The notes under the pieces are model-generated. The model saw nothing but the letters and a program-made list of their open reading frames with translations. It made no database searches and was not told the origin of the DNA. This document shows, in pieces, positions 50,117 to 62,140 of a stretch of 64,000 nucleotides of DNA. The stretch is from assembly GCF_963506605.1 (NCBI RefSeq), contig NC_083277.1, positions 8,060,001-8,124,000 on the forward strand, in the 5' to 3' direction. The translations under genes were made by a program, and so were the position numbers. Numbering within the stretch: the first letter of the stretch is position 1; the number at the start of each line of letters is the position of its first letter. This DNA is from Zootoca vivipara. Lineage: Eukaryota.

Positions 50117-51902
50117 GTAAATTTCCAAGGGAAGAACAATTTCACAGGAGGGATGGGGACTGATATTTCATGGGTGTTGAACCGTCTGTTCCGCAGACGT
50201 TGGGACCCCCATCAATTTTGTAACTCTGGGTAACAGTCCTCTAGTGGTGTTTCGGTTCTTTGAATGCCCCATGAATGAACTGGGAGAGGGTTTGAAGGCT
50301 TGGATTTGGGGCAGAGCTTGTCCCTGCAAAGAAACTGCACACCAGACTGAGTTCTACTCCTACCTATAGACTGTTATCCTGGTTTCCCCCTTAATTTTAT
50401 AGATTTTTCTTTCTTTCATAAATTTATATATTGCTTGATTGTAGGGAAAAGTCTCAGAGCCTTACAATATCTTACAAAAGCCCTTAAAGAGAATCCTGCA
50501 GGGTCAGTCCAATGTCCCTCTTGTCGAGTTCTCATGTATACGGAACTTCCCTTGCATTTTGTTTTCCCTCTACACAATCGGGAGAGATTCTTTTGGAGCT
50601 TCTCGAGATTTGTTTGAATTTCCCCCTTGTGAAGTGTGTTAAAAAGGGCACCCACAAGCACTTAGTCCCTCCTCCACCTCCTGCCAGGCTGGTCTCCCAG
50701 CAGCAGAGCCAAGGCCTGATCCGCCTCTTCCTCAGAGTTTCAACCTCACCAGCCATTTCTCGTGCTTCAGCCATCCCAATCTCCTGAGAGTTGCCACAGT
50801 TCTCATGAGATCAGCCCCATTCCACAAGGGAGGACTTCCCATTGCACGAGACCCTTGGAATTACAGTACAATGCTCTGCCGATTCTTCCTCTGCAGTCTG
50901 GTTTGTCAGCATGCTTGGAAATTCCAGTTTCAACAGCTTTTCCCCACCAGTTTACTTGGGGCAGATGTTAAACCTTCCTCCAGCCCTCCAGTTCAGATCC
51001 CCATTTTATTCGTTGATTTTGAATGATTGTATTTTGCCATTTTCTAGTATGGTTTACCATTTCTGAGTTTGAAAGGATCCCAAGGATCATCTAGTCCAAC
51101 CCCCTGCGATGCAGGAATTACAGCTAAACATGTTAACTGTTTTAATTCCTTAGGCCTAGTGATATTAAATTCTTGAGAATAATCTTTTGGAGAATATTTA
51201 ACACCACTGCTTAGGCTTACAGTTGTCGCCTTTGCAGTTATTTGTTCTATGATTTCATCTTTTGCTTGAAATAAGGAAACAACAGGTGCTTATTTTATGG
51301 GTATGTCTTATTTTCGGGGAAACAGGATAGGTTGGCATGAGTCCATTAGACTCTGATCTAAGGCACCCGGCTAAGCTAGTTTGCAGCAGAGAATCTCAAC
51401 AGAGCAGCATCTTAAGCAAGTGACATAATGTATAAAACTCTTTTCCTGTGGCTGAACTAAAAGGACGCTGGTTCAGCTACAAGATCTTGGAGAAGGAGTC
51501 TGGGAGGGCAAGAGTTAACATCCCCCTGCCCTTAAGGAGAGCCCATACGCAGATGTTAAACAGTTTAATCAATTGTTCTGCGCACACTTACGTTCACAAA
51601 GAGGTGAACATGAACCCAAATACTTTCATGTGGCAAGCGAGGGAGCAATATGTATTATTATCATTCTTTTGTTGTTGAAAGTTAAGAGCATTGCTACTAG
51701 CAATATATCACAGCTTCTATAGCCTACATAAAGTAGGGGTGTTTAAAATGAGTGTAATAGAAATCCATGGTTAAAAGTAGAAGTTGGCAGATGTGTCCTC
51801 TTTTCTGCTCTTCAAAATATGGCAATCCTACACTTGCCGACTTAGCCCCTAACTGGTAACCTTTTGAGTTATCTCCCCCCTTTCCCCCAGGAAGGGAACT
51901 AG

Positions 51903-52884
51903 TCTTCTATATATATAAAAATGTAAAAGGGTCTGTGTGTGTGCGTTGACCTTTCGCCACAACCGCTTGACCGATTACGTTCAAATTTGGACACAACGTC
52001 AAATGAGAATGTCTAACACCATGCCCATTGGGAAGACAGATGTGACACCTCCACAACGTAAAACCTCCAAAACCTGGTCATTTGGAACCCTCAAAACACA
52101 CAGCCGGGGGAGCTGGGAAATAGAAGCCAAAGCTGAGGCTAAGAGTGCCAAAAATTGACGTCATCACCCGAGCAAATGAAAGCAGCAAAACGGCCATTAT
52201 CAGACAAAGGCAAAACGGCCAAAGCAACAGCCACAGCCACAACCCACAACCCCAGGCACCGTCCCTGACGAGGCAACCCACCACTGACACAACCGCCGCT
52301 GCCGCCACCACCATCAAAAACCCAAATCTCAACACACCAAAGGAAAAAACCCCACAACCGCAGCCGCCACCGACTACACAGAACAGACCTTGCCACAGGT
52401 ATAAACACCCCCTCTCCCAAAAAACCGCTCCCACCAAAAATGCCACAACTATCGAAACCCACACCCACAAAAACCCACAGCGGACTCCGTTCGACCCCTC
52501 CGACACAACCACAGTCACAACGTAACCCACCAACAGCTCAACCACCCCTGCCGCAGCAAAAGGGGGGGGGAATCACAGGGAGGAACCACAACAACCTGAA
52601 CCACAGACACCATGTCCCCTGCCACCCGCGCGACCAGCCCCCCCCCCCCAAACCCTGCTGCCACCCCCACCGCCTCCACTAAAGGTTGGGGAAAATCACA
52701 GGGAGGAACATCAGCAACACGGCCGAACCCACCACGTCCCCCGCCACTGACGCGACCCCCCCCCCCCCGAAAAAACAAGGAACAGTGAACAAACTCTGCT
52801 GGCACCCCCACCTCCACGACCCCTGCAAAAGGGTGGTAGGAATCACAGGGAGGAGCCACAGCAATGTGTGGCCGGGACAGCTAG
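51903..52884 (+). mobile_element. Non-autonomous Helitron-like element in TRIM copy 1 intron 6
   Basis: 5' TCTTCTATATATATAAAA. 3' hairpin GCCACA-gcaatg-TGTGGC (52855-52872), 8 nt before CTAG|T. No TSD seen. Confidence 0.75.
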
Positions 52885-53507
52885 TATGGTATATATTAAA
52901 TCCAAAAGAGAAGCATGGAATAAGCAGTCCTTTGAAAAATTGCCCTGCCACCTGCCTCCTCTTCCCTGGCGGCAAGCCCTACACTTCCAAAATGAGGAGG
53001 AAGGCACAGAAGAGACCAAGTTGGTGAGGGAGCTGGAGGGCAGGAATAAACAGGCTCCCCTCTTCTTCCTTCTTTCTTTCTTGTTCCAGGGGAGTCCCCC
53101 ACCCCGAGGTCCCTAAAGGCCAATTCCCACAGATATTGTCAGAGGAAAGCAGCTTCTCTCCTCTCCTGCCTCCTCCAATTCTCCTCTCTTTCCCCTTCAC
53201 TAACACAGAAGAGCTGAGTAAAAGGTTTCCTGGGTGGTTTTTCCTCTTAGAAAATGCCTGGGTTGAGAGGAGGGCAGGAAGAATACACACTGAATATAAG
53301 AAAGTGAAGGAAATTGATTTAAAAACCAACAAGGAAGATGAGAGTCTGCAAGGAGTCTCAGTCTTGCATGCGATGCAAATAAATCCCATTCATCTGAAGG
53401 TGAATCTGGATTTCTCAGGTGCTTTTTTTGTTTTTTTCAGGATGTCCGTTTCTGTCTCTCAGTTCACTCTGCCTAATTTTCTCTTTCCCTCATCATCGTT
53501 CCCACAG

Positions 53508-54025
53508 CAAATGTGACTCTGGATCCAGACACAGCCCATCCCAGGCTCATCGTGTCCGAGGATCGGAAAAGCGTAAGATGGGAAAACGAAAAGCAAGACC
53601 TGCCCAACAATCCTGAGAGATTCAGCAACTTGTCCTGTGTGTTGGGACGTGAGGGATTCATAGCAGGCAGACATTTCTGGGAAGTCAATGTGGAACGTGG
53701 GGAAGAGTGGAGTGTGGGGGTCGCCAGGAAGTCTGTGAAGAGAAAGGGCTGCTTCTCCTTAAGCCCTAAAGATGGGGTCTGGGATGTGGGGAAGTCTGGA
53801 GGCAAGTACTATGCCTGCACACCCCCTTCTTCCTCTCCTCTATTCCTGAGTTGGGAGCCCAGGAGGATCCGGGTGACTCTGGACTATGAAGGGAGACGTG
53901 TGTCTTTTTCTGACGCTGACTCAGGAGCCAAACTCTACGCCTTCTCAGGAGCCTCATTCTCTGGAGAGACCCTCCTCCCTTTCTTTTATCTGTGGAGAAA
54001 TGAAACCCACCTCAGTATCTCCTGA
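53508..54025 (+). CDS. TRIM copy 1 exon 7 (PRY-SPRY/B30.2 domain)
   Basis: ANVTLDPDTAHPRLIVSEDRKSV...GRHFWEV...WSVGVA...IRVTLDYEGRRVSF...PFF. Acceptor CCCACAG. AATAAA at 54209. Confidence 0.95.
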
Positions 54026-54607
54026 GGAAACTAAATCTGCCTCTCGGGCCCAGCAGGAGTTTCTCTCCAGACCAGAGTGACCGATATAAAAAACATTTAC
54101 CCACCAAGAGCACGTTGGGCAGTTTTTCAAGGACCCTTTTCTTTCTTTTCCCCATAATTCCCTTTGCCGCTTACTTCTTAAAGAGACAGTCACACTTTTA
54201 ACAGTCCCAATAAACAATCTTCTCCTCAAACGGACTCCCTCCCTTCACCCACGTCAGGCAGAATAGCCAAATTGGTGGCTGTCCTTGCCTCTTACGTGAG
54301 GGAGTTTCATAGTTTTACTTTTTTTGTCAGTCCGGAATCTTCCAGCCTCTGGGACTAAATGGACCTTTGGCCTGATCCAGGATGGGTCTCCTTATTTTCT
54401 TTGCCAAGTATGAGAAAAGAGAGTGGAGTCATATTCCTCCCATTTGTGGAGATCACACTTCCACATCTGTACACTACAGCGTGAGTCACTGGGAGCTGTT
54501 GTTGTCAGTGTGGGTCTGTGGCTGCTCTTGCGATGTGTCCTTGGCCTTCATTCTGAACCATCAAGCCGAGATGTTTCATAATGGAGCCTAGAACATTTGG
54601 GGACTTT

Positions 54608-55879
54608 TTTTTTAAAAAAAATACTTTTTATTAGATTTTCCAATTAAAACACAATTATATCACATCAATTATTTCAAATTATACAAATACATATCAATTA
54701 AACCAAATATTATGCCAAATCATAAAAAAATTGTGGCTTCCCATGCTTCAAAATCTGGGGATTCTAAATAACTGTCCACACTGCCATCCTAATCCTGATG
54801 TCAAAATCTTCCTCATAGTCCAAAATAGTCCCGATCTTTTCCCAACAATCCTAGATATTATTTTCTCTCTTGTCTTTTTGTCAAAGCTTTTGAGATGAGC
54901 ATCAAACGAGCTTTAACACAAAATTGTTCTCTATTTTTTGTCAAATAATCTTTATTGAATTTTTCAAATATACACAAACAAAACATTACCTTCATTAGTA
55001 TTTCAAATTCCAATTATTCCAGAGTTATATAAAAATTAAAAAAGGATAAAAAAGGAAAAAAAAGAAAAGGGAAAAAGGATTACTAATAATAATCTCACTT
55101 TCATGTTCATTTCTAGTGTTGTTCTGTGACTTCCCTTCTTTTTCTGTTTCTTACTGTCATCATTTTCTTTGGCGTTGTCTCTTTCATTGTTCAAACTTGC
55201 TTTATACTTTTTACTCAGGTTTTACAGATATATTTAACTTATCTATGTACAATTTGTTGTTACTTGAATTTATGACATAATAAAGTCTTTACAACACTCA
55301 TTGTTCTCTGTGTGGGGTTTTTGTCCAGTCCAACCTCCCCATAAATCCTCCTCTTATCTGGAGTGCCTCTCCGGCCACGTTGACAGTCAAGCACAAGCAA
55401 GCGCCAACTTGAAAGACTCAAATCGTATTCCATCTTCTCCTCAAAAAGTCCATCAATCACAGAAATGCAGCTTTTTCAGGCGGGGGACAGCCGATTCAGA
55501 TTATGCACAGTCTCTTATAACAGATTTATGGCTCTCCCCGCCCTTTAGCTGCACTCTGCCTCCTGAGACTCCAATTAGGCGACTCTTATCACTCGAATTC
55601 AAAGTGTGTCACACCTCATAATTCCACTCTATAATCATTCAGATGGTATCCAGGCAGAAAGCACACCCGGCTGGGGAGGTTTTACTCTTACAGCTTAACA
55701 AAACAGCTTCCAAAAACATACAAAATGACAATCTTCTATTTATATAAATTTATATAAGTTCCAATAGCCACACAGTTCGTTCCCATTTCTCATTTGTTCC
55801 AAATAATTTAGGCAGTCCGTCCGGGAAGGTGGTAAATGCATCTTAAATTATGAAAATAAAAAGTTAACTTCCCTTTTCG
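54608..55879 (-). mobile_element. L1-type (TPRT) insertion with 19-bp TSD
   Basis: TAGAACATTTGGGGACTTT at 54589-54607 and 55880-55898, with a T-run at the left end. Confidence 0.7.
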
Positions 55880-55948
55880 TAGAACATTTGGGGACTTTAC
55901 TGCGGTAATTAACTTTGGGAGGAGTCTTGCTTCTTTAAAACAAATAAT

Positions 55949-56014
55949 AAGTGCTTCCGCCTCCGCTCGACGCTCATCACACACCTGAATATCCACGCAG
56001 CGAGAAAAACTTAG
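55949..56014 (+). pseudogene. Orphan half zinc finger plus stop codon copied from the end of ZNF-D (start of the duplicated block)
   Basis: Near-identical to 40046-40111 (KCFRLRSTLITHL(N/K)IHAARKT*), with no upstream fingers. Confidence 0.85.
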
Positions 56015-56073
56015 GACTGGAAGGGGAAGGTCAAGAAAGAGAGAGAGTTTGTGTAAAAAGGAAATCAATGCTA

Positions 56074-56430
56074 GGTAAAACGGTAAAGGACCCCTGGTCC
56101 AGTCAAAGGTGACTATGGGGTTGCAGTGCTCATCTCTTTCAAGGCAAGGGAGCCGGCGTTTGTCCACAGACAGCTTTCTGGGTCATGTGGCCAGCAGGAC
56201 TAAACCGCTTCTGGCCCAAGGGAAACCAGAGCGTACGGAAATGCCATTTACCTTCCTGTCACAGCGGTACCTATTTATCTACTTGCACTGGCGTGCTTTC
56301 AAAATGCTCGGTGGGTAGGGGCTGGGAGAGAGCAATGGGAGCTCACTCCGTTGCGGAGATTTGAACCACTGACCTGATCGGCAAGCCCAAGGAGCTCAGT
56401 GGTTTAGAGCACAGCGCCCCCCACATATCC
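56074..56430 (-). mobile_element. Duplicated copy of the Sauria SINE
   Basis: Same TSD and flanks as 40175-40558. Confidence 0.85.
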
Positions 56431-57941
56431 AATCAATGCTAAGGAGGGCATGAAAATAATCTGTCAACAGAAGGCTGTGGCCACATTCACACCTTTAACA
56501 AAAAAGGTGTCCCTCGGGAGGTGTTGGGCTCTCCTTCCTTGGAGGTTTTAAAGCAGCGGTTGGATGGTCATCTGTTATGGATCATCTAGTTGAGATTCCT
56601 GCATTGCAGGGGGGTAGACTAGAGGACCCTTGGGGTCCCTTTCCAACTCTACCGTTCTGTGATGCTGTGATCCTAAGGTGGTGTACAACATTAAGGACAC
56701 ATTTTGCGGAGTATCAATAATAAAAACATAATGAAGGCATAAGAAGACACAATAGAAAAATAAAATGATCCTAATAGCGGTCCCCACACAACAGCATTAA
56801 CAGTCCATAGGTTACTTAATGGCTAAAGGGCTGGCTAAAGAGGAATGTGTTTGCCTGGTGCCTAAAGACATGGAATGATGGCACCTAGCGAGCCTTTCTA
56901 GGGAGAGCATTCCACAATTGGGGAGCCACCACAAAAAAGGCCCCTTCTTGTGTTGCCACCCTCTGAGTCTCTCGGGGAGGGGGACAAAGTGAAGGCACTG
57001 TGATGCCACTTTAAACAGTCATGATTCCCTCCCCCCAATAATTGTGGTTAGCGTCATTTTTTAAAATGGCTGACAGTTGTTGGGAGAGACCCCTTTTCCT
57101 TTCACACTGCTACCACGCCCAGTGAAGAGGGATTTTGTGAGGGGGAGTAAGGATTGTTCATTTGTATATAAAACAGAGAGAACGGTTGTAACGGCAGACA
57201 AAACTTAAAAGAGGAAAATCAAAGGTGTAAAATAGGCACATGGGTTGAAATAACAAAAGTCCCTGTGAAGGGGGGTTGACTGTTAAACCATGGGAAATTG
57301 TAGCTCTGTGAGGGGGACCAAGGGCCTACTGACAACTCAACGGTATCCTTAAAAGAAGCACAGCTCCCAGAATTCTTTGGGGGAAGCCATTATTGCTTGA
57401 AGTTGCTATCGTAGCACTTTAAATGAATGGGGGGCGTGTGGCTGCTGACCCACCGATTTAAGAGTTCGAAATGTCGAAAGCGCTTCTCGTACAGTACCCT
57501 AGTTTGCACGTTGCACGAAGCCAAGCCACACAGGCTCCCAGGGACGCTTCACTCCTCGCCCAGTAATTTGCCGCTGTGCTGAGCTAAGCTTGGCTTGGCG
57601 TGTCCCCCAAACCAGGGGTCATGGTTGAACTAGCCATGGTTCAGATGAATCATGATTTGGCCTGTGGTTTACGGCTTTTAGTTTGGACAAGCTAGACCCA
57701 CAAGCCCAGGTTGGGATGGAGTGCTAAGCTAAGCTACGGCTTACAATCCTAGAGCTGGAAGGGACCCTGAGGGTCCTCTAGTCCAGCCCCCTGCAATGCC
57801 TGAATCTCAACTAAAGCATCCATGGCAGATGGCCATCCAACCTCTGCTTGGAAACCTCCAGTCTGGAGCAGCAGCCAATCAAACAGGACGAGGAAAGTGA
57901 CCACAATCTCTTCTCCCAGAGGCCACACATTCATGCTAATC

Positions 57942-58077
57942 CAGTGTTTCCCCAACTTGAGTTTCCAGCTGTTTTGGGACTACAATTCTCATCATCCCCG
58001 ACCACCGGTCCTGCTAGCTAGGGATGATGAGAGATGCAGTCCCAAAACAGCTGGAGACCCAAGTTTGGGAAATGCAG
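57942..58077. mobile_element. Related hAT MITE subfamily (truncated counterpart at ~42030-42100)
   Basis: CAGTGTTTCCCCAACTT...AAGTTTGGGAAATGCAG ends and the same GGACTACAA core. Confidence 0.7.
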
Positions 58078-58857
58078 AGCTAAGCCAAGGTTTGGCTTGG
58101 CATGACACGTGAACCAGGCTACCTTAACAACAACCCGGTAAGGTGGGTCAGCACGAAACCATTCCCATAGCGGAAAGACGAGATAGATTGGCTAAGGCAG
58201 GGGTAGCTTAAGAATACCCCTTATCACAGGTGAGGGGGGGCATTTGGATCCTTCTGAACTACAACTACCATCAGCCCCAGCAAGCATTGCCAGGGATGAT
58301 GGGAGTTGTAGTTCAGCAACATCTAAGCATGTGGTTTGAACTTCGGGATTTCCTCATCCATAGTGCAGATTCCTTAGCGTTGTGCTCTGACTTTTGAGGA
58401 AGGCTGAAAGAGTATTTGTGCGAGGAGATGCTTTGAAGAGCTACGGAGTAAGGAAGGGAATAATATTGCTTGGATGGTGGTAACTGGGCCAAGGGTGTTT
58501 GGGTGGATATTCAGCGCTTTGACATTTGACCCATAGTGCAAATGGGAAAAACCACCAAGGAGGCAACCTGTAGGCAAATCGAGCCCAAGAGGGACGTTCA
58601 GCAAACCCTTCCCTCCAAATAAATGAGCTCCAAACCTTCTGTCTCATGCTTTCTGTCTAGGTTGTGTGCTTCAGGGGGTGGGTGGGGGCAACCTTTTACA
58701 TGTCAAGGGCCACCCAAAAGGGCCTGGTGTTGGGTGAGGCCAAAAGCGAGAGGCCATCCTTTCCCCCCCTCCCTCCTGCTTCCACCCCTTTTCTCTCTCC
58801 CTTCCTTTGACAGTCATGAGGGTGTGTAGGGAGCTAGCTTCTGAAGGGGCTTTGGGA

Positions 58858-58899
<42 letters not shown>

Positions 58900-59075
58900 A
58901 ATTTATTACCTGCCCTTCACACCACGACCCCAGGGAGGGTTACACCCATTAAAATGCAATATAAAAAACAGTTCAAAAAAAGTTACGAAAATAAGACGGG
59001 TCTTTAAAATATACAGGCACCAAAAGCCAGGGTAAAAAGGTGTGTCTTCAGCATTCACCAAAATTAGGTCTGGAA

Positions 59076-59211
59076 CAGGCATCCCCAAACGGCGGCCCTC
59101 CAGATGTTTTGGCCTACAACTCCCTTGATCACTAGCTAACGGGACCAGTGGTCGGGGAAGATGGGTATTGTAGCCCAAAACATCTGGAGGGCCAAAGTTT
59201 GGGGATGCCTG
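59076..59211. mobile_element. 136-bp hAT MITE (unit 2 only)
   Basis: TIRs, TSD GTCT(G/A)GAA, empty site near 43320. Confidence 0.9.
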
Positions 59212-60338
59212 GTCTAGAAGGATCATTGACACAGACGGTGGGAGGACAAACATTTGGCCCTCCAGCATTTGCTGAACTACATCTCCCATCAGCCATTGGC
59301 CATGCTGGCTGCAGCCAATGGGAATTGTAGTTCAGCAGCATCTTGAGCACCAAAGGTTCCCTAGACCTAATTTATGCTACTCCTTTATTGATGGTCCAAG
59401 GTTTTACACATCTGAGGGAAGGTAAGTGGTGGACATCCTTTTAGGGTGGGGGAGCAATGTACTTTAGGTGGGTGGGTCCCGAATCAAAAGTGAGTGTGTT
59501 GGCATCAAAATAGGGTGCTGGCAGATAAGCCCCCTTTCTCCTTTGTCTTTGCCCCTTCTCCCCCTCCTCCTCACCAACATGAAACGAAGCTGAGGGCCGC
59601 ATGAAATTGGACTGAGAATTTTTAAAGAAATGCAGTCACCTTACTTCTTGTGCCATCTTGGCTTGTGACAAATGTCTGATGTTTCAAGGAGGCACCCTGG
59701 CAAAGGGACTGCTCAAAGCAGAAGGGGTATAACCTCCGACACACCATCGCTCAGGGTGAGCTCTCTCTTGGCCAGCATCGAGGGGATGCTGTGGCAATGG
59801 TATCGTTCAATAAAGATCAGGCCTACTGGCTGCTCAAGGATTCTTGGAGGTCTAGGTGGGTCTGTGGAGTGTTGGGAGAATTTGCATTGGCTAAAATTCC
59901 CCCTGGTATTTTTTCGTTATCAGTGCTGAGGGCTGTTAGGCGGCACCCCGTTCCCTTCCGAGAGCTACAATTCCCAGGGAAGAGAGATGAATTGTTAAAC
60001 CACCCTGGGAATTATAGTCCTGTGAGGAGAATTGGGCGGGGGGGGGGGTGTTTTCCTAAAATCCCTCTTTAAGGTGGAGTGAGAGGCCCCAGCTGCGCTA
60101 TACACTTAAACCACTACCACAGCATTTTGAACATATCTGTGCATGCACACAAAAGCTCATACCAATGACAAACTTTGTTGGTCTCTAAGGTGCTACGAAG
60201 AGTCGGACACGACTAAACAACAAGGGGCTACTGTGCAGACCAACACGGCTACCTACCTGTAACTAGCATTTTGAACTGTCCTTGTTGTAGAATTGTAGAG
60301 TCATAAGGGACCCCAAGGGTCATCTAGGGGTACAAATA

Positions 60339-60389
<51 letters not shown>

Positions 60390-61006
60390 GTCCAACCCCC
60401 TGCAATGCAGGAATCTCTTGCCCAACGTGGGACTTGAACCCGTGATCCTGTGATTAAGAGTCTCATGCTCTACTGTCTCAGGAATAGCTTCCTGTCTATA
60501 AACCTGGAGAGCTGATGCCAGTCATTGTTGACCACACTGAACTAGGTGGAGGATGATAATGATGATGATTTATTTATAACTGGGCAGTGCGGCCATATGC
60601 TCCACCACTGGATGGGAATTGTAGTCTGAAGCAAACAGAGGGCACCAGGTTGGCAATGCTGAAAGCATCTGTTTCAATCATAAGTTCTTTTCCAGCATGC
60701 TAAAAACGAATTAAGTTAGAATTAGCAACCAGACTTTTAGGAGTTCACTTCACAGAATCAAGTCCCGTTTGCTAAATCAGAACCCCCGTCCATTTAGGGC
60801 AGAGTCAGATTTTCTCCAATTCAAAAATGACAAGGAAGCCTTCGAATGAAAATGTTGCAGTATGAATAAGACAGCTTACTAGGTATGTGTGTGTTTGTGT
60901 GTAATGAAAAACAAGGGAAGCAATAACAAAAGCATTCGCTGCTCCTTGAGAAAACATTCAGCAACTGCAAAGACCTGGGGACATTTTTTTAAAAAAGAAA
61001 GATAAA

Positions 61007-61063
61007 GATCACGTGATCACTGAGTCATTTCCGGGAAAGGAAGCTCTTCCGGGAAAGGAAACT
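61007..61063 (+). promoter_or_regulatory. TRIM copy 2 putative promoter: E-box, AP-1, two GAS sites, Ets-IRF composite
   Basis: GATCACGTGATC at 61007, TGAGTCA at 61021, TTCCGGGAA at 61029 and 61047, GGAAAGGAAACT at 61052. Confidence 0.55.
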
Positions 61064-61105
61064 GTGAAAACTGGGAAGGCGGAACTTAACTCGTGTGAGG
61101 GAGCC

Positions 61106-61570
61106 ATGGCTGCTTCTGGGGATCTCATCCAGCGTCTCCGTGATGAAGCCACGTGCTGCATCTGCCGGGATTATTTCAAGGATCCAGTGACCATCGCAGA
61201 GTGTGGCCACAACTTCTGCCGGTCCTGCCTGACCCATTGCTGGGGGGAATCGGAGGCAGAGGCTTCCTGCCCTCAGTGCAGAAAAACAGTGCAAAGAAGT
61301 GGCCTCATCCCCAACCGGCAGCTGGCTAACGTGGTAGAAATAGCCAAGAATCCCAGCCTTCAAGAGGGAAAGGGAGAAGGAGGGGGGGAAGGGAGAGTGT
61401 GCGAAGAGGCCGAGGGAAAGGGAGAAGGAGGAGTCTGCGAGGAGCACAAGGAACCCCTGATGCTCTTCTGCAAAGTCCACGAAGCCCCCATCTGTCTGTT
61501 GTGTGACAAATCAAAGGAACATGCAAATCACAAGGTGATTCCTCTGGAGGAGGCTTTCGAGGAATACAAG
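61106..61570 (+). CDS. TRIM copy 2 exon 1 (RING + B-box)
   Basis: GCCATGG Kozak start. Paralogue of 44731-45162. Donor AAG|GTAGGA. Confidence 0.92.
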
Positions 61571-62044
61571 GTAGGAGATCCCTGGATATTGATGTGGAGA
61601 AATAACTGTAGATTCTTCTTGGGAGGTTTCCTTTTTAATTCTCAGGTCCAAAGCAGGCATGGCATGAATTGGTGGTGGTTTATTATGTAAAAAGCAGCCC
61701 AGGGGAAGCCTGGGGGCTCCTGGGATGGCTGGGAGGAGGGAGTTGAAGTCTTTCTCTCTGCCAAGGGGACAAAGGGATCTCCCTTGATATCCCTGAGTAG
61801 CATCTGCAAAGACTATGTAGAAGTCTGTAAGCAAGAGGGGACTAACTCGGTCCCTGAGCCCCACAGAAAAAAGGTAGCTGGTTCAGGGAGTCATGGACCC
61901 AAAAAGGTTGAAAACCTCTGGACTTTTATTTCCCCCAGTAAATTACATTGCTATTACAGCAAGGCCACTGGGTGCAAGAAGCCAGTATAATATTCATCTT
62001 CTCTCTTTGTCTCAATCAAACCTGAGTTTTTCTTTTCTTTTCAG

Positions 62045-62140
62045 GGAGAGATCTGTCACCGCCTGGATATTCTGAGGAAAGAGAGAGAGGAAATTCTGGC
62101 CTATCAAGAAGATCTGGTCAAGAAAAGCAAAGATCTTCTT
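62045..62140 (+). CDS. TRIM copy 2 exon 2 (96 nt)
   Basis: Bounded by TTTCAG and GTAAGC. Paralogue of 46014-46109. Confidence 0.85.

Larger units (their letters stand above)
40046..55948 (+). repeat. Tandem segmental duplication unit 1 (unit 2 = 55949 to beyond 64000)
   Basis: Colinear high similarity over the visible part of unit 2 (Sauria SINE, CR1 tails, TRIM promoter, exons 1-3) at an initial offset of 15903. Confidence 0.9.

Noticed and set aside
52078-52859. Thr/Pro-rich and Gly/Val-rich ORFs
   Set aside because: By-products of compositional skew inside the Helitron-like element.
59664-59922. Possible LTR fragment (AATAAAGATCAGGC, with an inverted relative near 43875)
   Set aside because: I could not define termini or a TSD.
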